Source of the DNA: Firmicutes bacterium UBA5509
GTDB taxonomy: Bacteria; Bacillota; Proteinivoracia; UBA4975
DNA length: 64,000 nt
Reading direction: 5' to 3'
Assembly (NCBI GenBank): GCA_002423965.1
Contig: DIOR01000027.1
Coordinates: forward strand, 117,958-181,957
Shown here: positions 58,339-64,000 of the stretch, piece after piece
How positions within the stretch are numbered: position 1 is the stretch's first letter
Layout: each line of letters opens with the position of its first letter
Notes under the pieces: model-generated
Databases searched by the model: none
Seen by the model: only the letters and a program-made list of their open reading frames with translations
Told to the model about the DNA's origin: nothing
Translations under genes and position numbers: made by a program

Positions 58339-59532
58339 TTAATTCCCTTTATCTGCTGTACTGATGGTTTCCTCAAACAGATTAATCATTTTTGATGCAT
58401 TAGTCTGCCAGGAATAATTGCCAAGGGCTAATTTTCTTGCCCTTAACCCCATTTCCCTGACACCATCGGGATCGCCCAGCAATTGATCCAGTGCCTTAAC
58501 TAGTGAATCGAGACTGTTTGGTTCAATTAACAGCCCCGTTTCACCAGAATAAACGACATCAGCAATCCCCTCTCCCCTGCAACCGATAACGGGCAAACCT
58601 GCCGCCATTGCCTCTAAATATGCAACACCAAAACCCTCCATACTGCTGGGGAGAGAGAAAATCCTGGCTTTAGCCAGCAGGCTTGGCACATCCTTATTGG
58701 GAACCTGACCCGTGAACGTAACCATATCCTGGACTTTCAACTCCTGGGCAAGTTGTCGCAGACTGCCGGCCTCCACCCCGTCCCCAACCACGGTATACCG
58801 AATATATGGATATTTACTGCGCAAAGCAGCCACGGCACGCAAGTTCAAGTCCAGCCCCTTTGATTGAACCAGGTTAGAAACACTGATAATTGTTCCTGCT
58901 GGGCCAGCAGGTTGTATTCCTAAGTATTTGTTGCTGTCGAAACCGTTATTTATTGCCACCGATTTCCAAGGCAAGTGGGTAAACTGATCCAACATTCTTT
59001 TTAATTTAGTGCTGACGGTAACAACCATGTCAGCTTCCTTGACAACATCAACTATAGCCTGACGACACCTGTTGTTGCGAAAGGCGGTTTGCTGGACGTC
59101 TTTACCGTGGACAGTTACCACCAGAGGGATTCCCAAATACCGCTTGAGAAATATCCCCGCCTGACCATCAGGTAAAATAGTATGAGCATAAATCAGTGAA
59201 AAGGGATTTTCTTTATGGAGTTTGGCAACATGTTTGCGCATCGCCAGGTTTAGTCTGAAGCCGCTGCTGGCCATGCCTATACCTCGTGGAAAGACAAGAT
59301 AAGCCGGACGACGGGCAACAATTCCGTCAAAGTTGACGACTTTAGGAATACTGCTAAATTTTCGCCAGCGGGGATTAAAAAAGCCTATTGGATAAGGTGC
59401 CCAGGGACGTGGAGCGAGAACCGTTAAATTACAGCCCTGGCGCATTAATTCCAGGTTCTGCTGGTGAACGAAAATGCCGTTATTACTGTTACCCGGATAA
59501 GGATACATATGGGAGATAACGAGGATATTCAC
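58339..59532 (-). CDS. GT4 glycosyltransferase (TuaC-like)
   Basis: SHMYP, GIFV, TVHGKD, EGFGVAYLEAMAAG; GGAGG before GTG 59532. Confidence 0.9.
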   Translation of the reverse strand: MNILVISHMYPYPGNSNNGIFVHQQNLELMRQGCNLTVLAPRPWAPYPIGFFNPRWRKFSSIPKVVNFDGIVARRPAYLVFPRGIGMASSGFRLNLAMRKHVAKLHKENPFSLIYAHTILPDGQAGIFLKRYLGIPLVVTVHGKDVQQTAFRNNRCRQAIVDVVKEADMVVTVSTKLKRMLDQFTHLPWKSVAINNGFDSNKYLGIQPAGPAGTIISVSNLVQSKGLDLNLRAVAALRSKYPYIRYTVVGDGVEAGSLRQLAQELKVQDMVTFTGQVPNKDVPSLLAKARIFSLPSSMEGFGVAYLEAMAAGLPVIGCRGEGIADVVYSGETGLLIEPNSLDSLVKALDQLLGDPDGVREMGLRARKLALGNYSWQTNASKMINLFEETISTADKGN

Positions 59533-59543
59533 GCAATCGCCTC

Positions 59544-60806
59544 CTATCCTTCTGGTTCGAGGTTGCAAGCAGACCAGAAGTATACAAACAGCAGCCAGAA
59601 CAGTTTCATCAACAGGCCATCCTCCCCGGAAATGCAGATGTTAAGGACATACATTACAGGGAGAGAGTAAATCAAGACTTTCTGATAAAATAAATGCCCT
59701 CTTGCAGAGACAAAACTCAACACAATGAAGAGAAAATACAGGATTATGGCGACAGTGGATTTTAGCAGGCCACCTTCAATGAAGGCATTGAAATAAAAAT
59801 TGTGAGGATGATTGCCTTCCCCAAACAAATCTGTATATGCCTTGGTTCCGGCGCCAAAAATAAGCTGAAACACCGAAAATTCATTTATGTAGTCAGTAGC
59901 CTGAGCGATTCGCTCCACCCTGCCCCCGAACAGTCCCAATATCCCATCCTGGCGAATGGTACCAAGGATTCTGTCAACAGTTCGAAACTTAGTGCCGTCA
60001 TTCAGCATTGGCAACGCTGCAGACAAGACTAGGATGCCTAGGACAAGTACTGCTGTCAGGGAGATAATAAGACGCCTTGACCGAAGAAGAGTCAAAACTG
60101 TTATAACCAGCAGGGGGATGGCATAAAAGATGACGCCCCGCCGGGAACCGCTATAGAGCAGCATAAAAGTCAGCAAGCCATAAGAGCCTAGCATTGCAAG
60201 GTGGACCAGCCATACTTTCTTTTTGATAATTTGATTCAAGAGGGCAACAGATAGGAGCACAGAGACAATTAAATGCAGATAAAAAACATTATAGTCAGCA
60301 AACACACTGATGCCATTGGCAGACCAGTTTCTTGCCCTATTGGAGGCCGAAAAAACAAACATAAGCAGAGCAAACAGGGAGATTGCCCCGCTCCCCTCCA
60401 ATATTTTCATGGCGAAACCCGACCTGAACTTTTGCAACACCAGTATACTTGACATTGAAAGCAGGAAAAACCACAAAATCCTCAGGGTTTTCTGGAAGGC
60501 GGCTCCGGGAAGCGGAGACCAGCCAATGCCGATAAAGCTAAGGGCGATATAGAAAAGGAGAATAAGGAGAAGAGCTTTTTTTAATTGTTTCGCCCCTTCA
60601 AATTTAAGCTTTAACGTGCCGAATACAAAAAACTCAATGCCCAACAAACCCACTAAACCAACAGCAGCGAGCATGAAAGAGGTAATACCAAAAATACTGC
60701 GAAAAAAATCTACTCCTGTTTCAAACAGGGAAGCCGCCCATAAGACTGCCACGCAGGCAACCTGGATCAAAGCATAAATTTTTTGTCGCTGCTCAATAGT
60801 ATCCAT
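59544..60806 (-). CDS. Wzy/O-antigen ligase-like polymerase
   Basis: Multi-TM; SGSRRG, FGAG, HPHNFY...EGG. Confidence 0.8.
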   Translation of the reverse strand: MDTIEQRQKIYALIQVACVAVLWAASLFETGVDFFRSIFGITSFMLAAVGLVGLLGIEFFVFGTLKLKFEGAKQLKKALLLILLFYIALSFIGIGWSPLPGAAFQKTLRILWFFLLSMSSILVLQKFRSGFAMKILEGSGAISLFALLMFVFSASNRARNWSANGISVFADYNVFYLHLIVSVLLSVALLNQIIKKKVWLVHLAMLGSYGLLTFMLLYSGSRRGVIFYAIPLLVITVLTLLRSRRLIISLTAVLVLGILVLSAALPMLNDGTKFRTVDRILGTIRQDGILGLFGGRVERIAQATDYINEFSVFQLIFGAGTKAYTDLFGEGNHPHNFYFNAFIEGGLLKSTVAIILYFLFIVLSFVSARGHLFYQKVLIYSLPVMYVLNICISGEDGLLMKLFWLLFVYFWSACNLEPEG

Positions 60807-60835
60807 TTGCCTGCCTCCTTAGCCTGCAGCCGAAA

Positions 60836-61672
60836 CTAACTCCCCTGCTTGCGAGCATTCATACCAGCGCGGACAAAATCTGCGATAATGACGAGAATTG
60901 CCCCTGCAAATAAACCCGAAACAGCAAAGAAAATTATTTTTGTTTGGCTTAAGGGAGTCGAAGTAGCGTACTTTACTTCTTCTAAATACTTCAAATCATA
61001 GCGATTTAAGATATCTGGGACACTATCCCTTATGGCTAACATCTCATCCCGGGAGTATTCTAATTGAGACAATTGAATATAAAGCCGGGTCACTTCTTCA
61101 GAAAATGTCTCGTGATATAGTTCATCCACTTGTTGTTTTTGGTGTTTCTCCAAGTTCTCAATCTCACCGCTGCGGTAGATAATGTCGTAATCGATGCGCT
61201 CCAGGATGCCATCAATCATTTGGTGAGTCCTTCCAGAGCGATAGCGATTAGCAGCAGAAGTATAAGCAGCCAGCCCTTTATCAAGGAGCTGAGCATGGGC
61301 AGCCACTTCTTTGGTGCGCACAGTTATTCTGACATTCTGACCTGATCTGGTAACACTGACCCCTTGAGGAAGTTCATCGATACCAGCTAGTATAGCATTG
61401 ATTATACCTTCATCAAGTTGTCTAGTAATGGCGCGGTCAAGCTCGTATAGGTTTGAGAAAAAGTTAGCTACATAAAAATTGCGATGAATTAAATAATCAG
61501 CATCAATGACCGGTTCATACCTGATTTGAAGGGTGGACTGACCAGGTATGAAATACTGGGTAAAGAGTATACCTCCTAACACTTGCAAAATCATTACAGC
61601 CAGAATAACAAATTTCTTCTTCCATAAGAGGGGTAACAGAGCGAAGATATCAATCTTCTCAATACGATTCAT
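60836..61672 (-). CDS. Wzz-like chain-length determinant
   Basis: EKIDIFALL..LWKKK, two TMs flanking a coiled-coil region. Confidence 0.7.
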   Translation of the reverse strand: MNRIEKIDIFALLPLLWKKKFVILAVMILQVLGGILFTQYFIPGQSTLQIRYEPVIDADYLIHRNFYVANFFSNLYELDRAITRQLDEGIINAILAGIDELPQGVSVTRSGQNVRITVRTKEVAAHAQLLDKGLAAYTSAANRYRSGRTHQMIDGILERIDYDIIYRSGEIENLEKHQKQQVDELYHETFSEEVTRLYIQLSQLEYSRDEMLAIRDSVPDILNRYDLKYLEEVKYATSTPLSQTKIIFFAVSGLFAGAILVIIADFVRAGMNARKQGS

Positions 61673-61821
61673 TTTTTCATCTCCCATTCCCTTAACACCC
61701 CCAAGGTGGTGTTAAGTAGCATAAGCTTGTCCCCACCAGCACTGCAAAATAATGAATTACTTAAGACCCCATTCCCATTTCCACAACGGGACCGATGGTG
61801 CGAGAAGTCAGTTCCTATGGA

Positions 61822-63042
61822 TCAATTGATTTCATTCCCTAAGCACCTGGCGATCACGTTTTCCAGTTTATTTGTGAGAATTGGGATATCATATGATTCT
61901 TCCGCAAGGCGTCTGCCCCGCCGCCCCATTTCCTGGGCCATGGCCTGATCCGCCATTATTTTTAATATTGCCTTTGCTGTAGCTTTAGAATCCTCAGGCT
62001 CCACTGAGATCCCCGCCCCTGCATCGCGAACAAGGTCATTGGAAGCCTTGCCTGAAAAGACTATTGGATTACCGCTTGCAAGGTAAACATAAAGTTTGTT
62101 TAGGCTAATGCCATATTGATAGAGGTCAATATTTTTCATGGCGACAATATTGAGGTGGCATCCCCTTAGCAGGGCCGGAATCAGTGAGTAGGGCTGCTGG
62201 CCCATGAAATGCACATTATCCAGGCCCATGTCAGCTATCTCTGATTTTAAGCGCTCAACTTCAGTGCCCTGACCAAAGAGGAGGAAGCAAACTCTGTCTG
62301 CACCTTCTGCGGCAATTTCCCTGGCAGCACCGATAATAGTATCCATTTGATTTGGCTTGCCCATGGCCCCTGCATAGGCAACAATATATTTATTGTTATA
62401 GGGCTTGAGGATCTCCGCTGCCTTGCCGGCATTTTCCTGAGCAAAGCAGTCAAACTCCTTAATGTCTACACCATTGGATATATGGGTAATCTTATCAGGA
62501 TTAGTTCCATACCTTTTACAAATATAGATATCACCCGCAGGCGCAAGTGAGATAATATGCTTGGACTTTTTATAAGCACGTTTTTCCAGCCTACAAAAAA
62601 ACCACGACTGAATGCTTTTTTCGCCTATTACGCCCATGTCAATAAGAGTCTGAGGCCATAAATCCCGAACCTCAGCAATAAAAGGCGCCCCGGCTTTGCG
62701 GGCGATACTTTCAGCTGCCAGCCAAGCGAAAGGATGCACCGATGAACCAATGACAATGTCGGGTTTATATCCTTTGGGCAGGCAGCCCTTGACTCTGGCG
62801 GTAAATTGCAGCATGTTCGTTACTCTTCCGGGTCCATTCCCCCGGTATGAGCATGTGGGAACAAAGATATAATTTATACCCTCGGAAACAACAACTCCTG
62901 TCCTTTGCGCACTTGTTTTGTGCTGAAAACTGGCAGCGGCAATTGTGACGCCATAGCCCCGCCTCACCATTTCCCGGGCCAGTTGAGAATGGCGCCCAGA
63001 GCCTAGACTGGCATAATGGTTGATAATAAGGATTTCAGGCAT
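61822..63042 (-). CDS. GT4 glycosyltransferase (WbuB-like)
   Basis: EVRDLWP, SNGVD, YAGAMG, NKLYVYLASG. Confidence 0.9.
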   Translation of the reverse strand: MPEILIINHYASLGSGRHSQLAREMVRRGYGVTIAAASFQHKTSAQRTGVVVSEGINYIFVPTCSYRGNGPGRVTNMLQFTARVKGCLPKGYKPDIVIGSSVHPFAWLAAESIARKAGAPFIAEVRDLWPQTLIDMGVIGEKSIQSWFFCRLEKRAYKKSKHIISLAPAGDIYICKRYGTNPDKITHISNGVDIKEFDCFAQENAGKAAEILKPYNNKYIVAYAGAMGKPNQMDTIIGAAREIAAEGADRVCFLLFGQGTEVERLKSEIADMGLDNVHFMGQQPYSLIPALLRGCHLNIVAMKNIDLYQYGISLNKLYVYLASGNPIVFSGKASNDLVRDAGAGISVEPEDSKATAKAILKIMADQAMAQEMGRRGRRLAEESYDIPILTNKLENVIARCLGNEIN

Positions 63043-64000
63043 TTTTTTCACCTAGCATTTTGTTATATAAAGTCAGTAACTTCTTCTCCTGGCTCTCCCA
63101 GTTATACAAGGCCTGGTAAACCTCCTGACCTTGCCGCCCCATAGCGGCAGTTTCTTCCCGATTGCACTCCAGTCTTTCAATTGCCGCCGCAATGGCATCT
63201 GTATCCAGGGGATCAACCCATACTCCGCAGGCGTGTTTTCCAAGAAATCCCTGCCAAAATGGAAAGTCCGACGCAAGAATTGCCATACCCATGGCCATGT
63301 ACTCAAACAATTTGTTGGGTGTGGAGGTTAAATGGTTGGGATATGGAAGAAGGCACATCATACCCACATCATACTGGACAAGATGCTTAAAATAACTGGT
63401 GTACGGGATAGATTGAAGATAATTTATGTTTTCTATGCCTTGGATCTTTGCATTGACACTGTCCTGGAATTCCGGGCTGTTATAATGACCGATAATGTCA
63501 AAAGTAACCGGAACTTTGACTTTTTTTACTGCCTCAATCATATTGAGGATCCCCCGGGCAGGGGAGATAAGGCCAGCATATACCAGCTTCAGCGCCCCCT
63601 GAGAAGGCTGCCTCTCGGGAGGTGTAAACGATATCAGGGGGTAGTTGGGAATTGTATGGACATTGCCCGGCAAACACTTACCTAAGTCGTCGGTAACAAC
63701 TAAGACCAGGTCGAAACGCCGGCAGGACAGATTTTCAAACAGCTTAAACAAAACACGGACTACTCCCCGTAACAATTTCGGGATTGACCTCTTGTGTCGA
63801 ATGGTCAGGACATAATTTTCATGGACGTCATAGACGACTTTCTTGCCAAAGAGTTTTGCTATTAGTCCAACTGGTATTAGTTCCGGATCATGAAAATGAA
63901 TAACCCTTGCCTCTTTGGCAAGAGATGCCCGGAGTAGCCGCCAACAGTTGCCCAGCCTTACCCTTAGCTTCCTACCCGCCGGCAAAGCAACATAGGAAAT
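63035..64000 (-). CDS. GT4 glycosyltransferase (runs off right edge)
   Basis: HFHDPEL, YDVHE, PNKLFEYM; frame is open to the window end. Confidence 0.9.
   Translation of the reverse strand: MSYVALPAGRKLRVRLGNCWRLLRASLAKEARVIHFHDPELIPVGLIAKLFGKKVVYDVHENYVLTIRHKRSIPKLLRGVVRVLFKLFENLSCRRFDLVLVVTDDLGKCLPGNVHTIPNYPLISFTPPERQPSQGALKLVYAGLISPARGILNMIEAVKKVKVPVTFDIIGHYNSPEFQDSVNAKIQGIENINYLQSIPYTSYFKHLVQYDVGMMCLLPYPNHLTSTPNKLFEYMAMGMAILASDFPFWQGFLGKHACGVWVDPLDTDAIAAAIERLECNREETAAMGRQGQEVYQALYNWESQEKKLLTLYNKMLGEKNA

Noticed and set aside
482-63685. Numerous short antisense or alternate-frame ORFs in the track
   Set aside because: They lie inside well-supported genes and lack RBSs or motifs; treated as shadow ORFs.

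Overview
Chromosomal window from an anaerobic-looking Gram-positive bacterium (Bacillota: T-box leader, sigA/sigH-like promoters, sortase, SipW/TasA, CWB2 surface proteins). The left half holds two ABC exporters, an LRR-CotH kinase, an internally deleted GlmL-like ATPase with its partner, an Fnr/Flp-controlled P1B-ATPase operon, a DUF2975-HTH unit, a Fur-ECF-ZupT metal uptake operon, an M42 peptidase, orphan oadB/oadG, a Vpr-like protease, T-box serS, a tasA-sipW-LPXTG operon, an MNT-HEPN toxin-antitoxin pair and a DUF4956-VTC-lamin-tail operon. The right half is a cell-surface locus: four CWB2 genes (one frameshifted just after its signal peptide, one 5'-truncated with seven diversifying repeats, plus an intergenic CWB2 relic) next to a Wzy/MurJ polysaccharide cluster with unusual tailoring enzymes and an embedded sortase. 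No rRNA, tRNA, CRISPR array, transposase or reverse transcriptase was seen. The best candidates for undescribed biology are the split VTC/DUF4956/LTD + CotH system, the shuffled and diversifying CWB2 cassette region, and a possibly sortase-anchored TasA fibre. All calls come from reading motifs by eye; no database searches were run.
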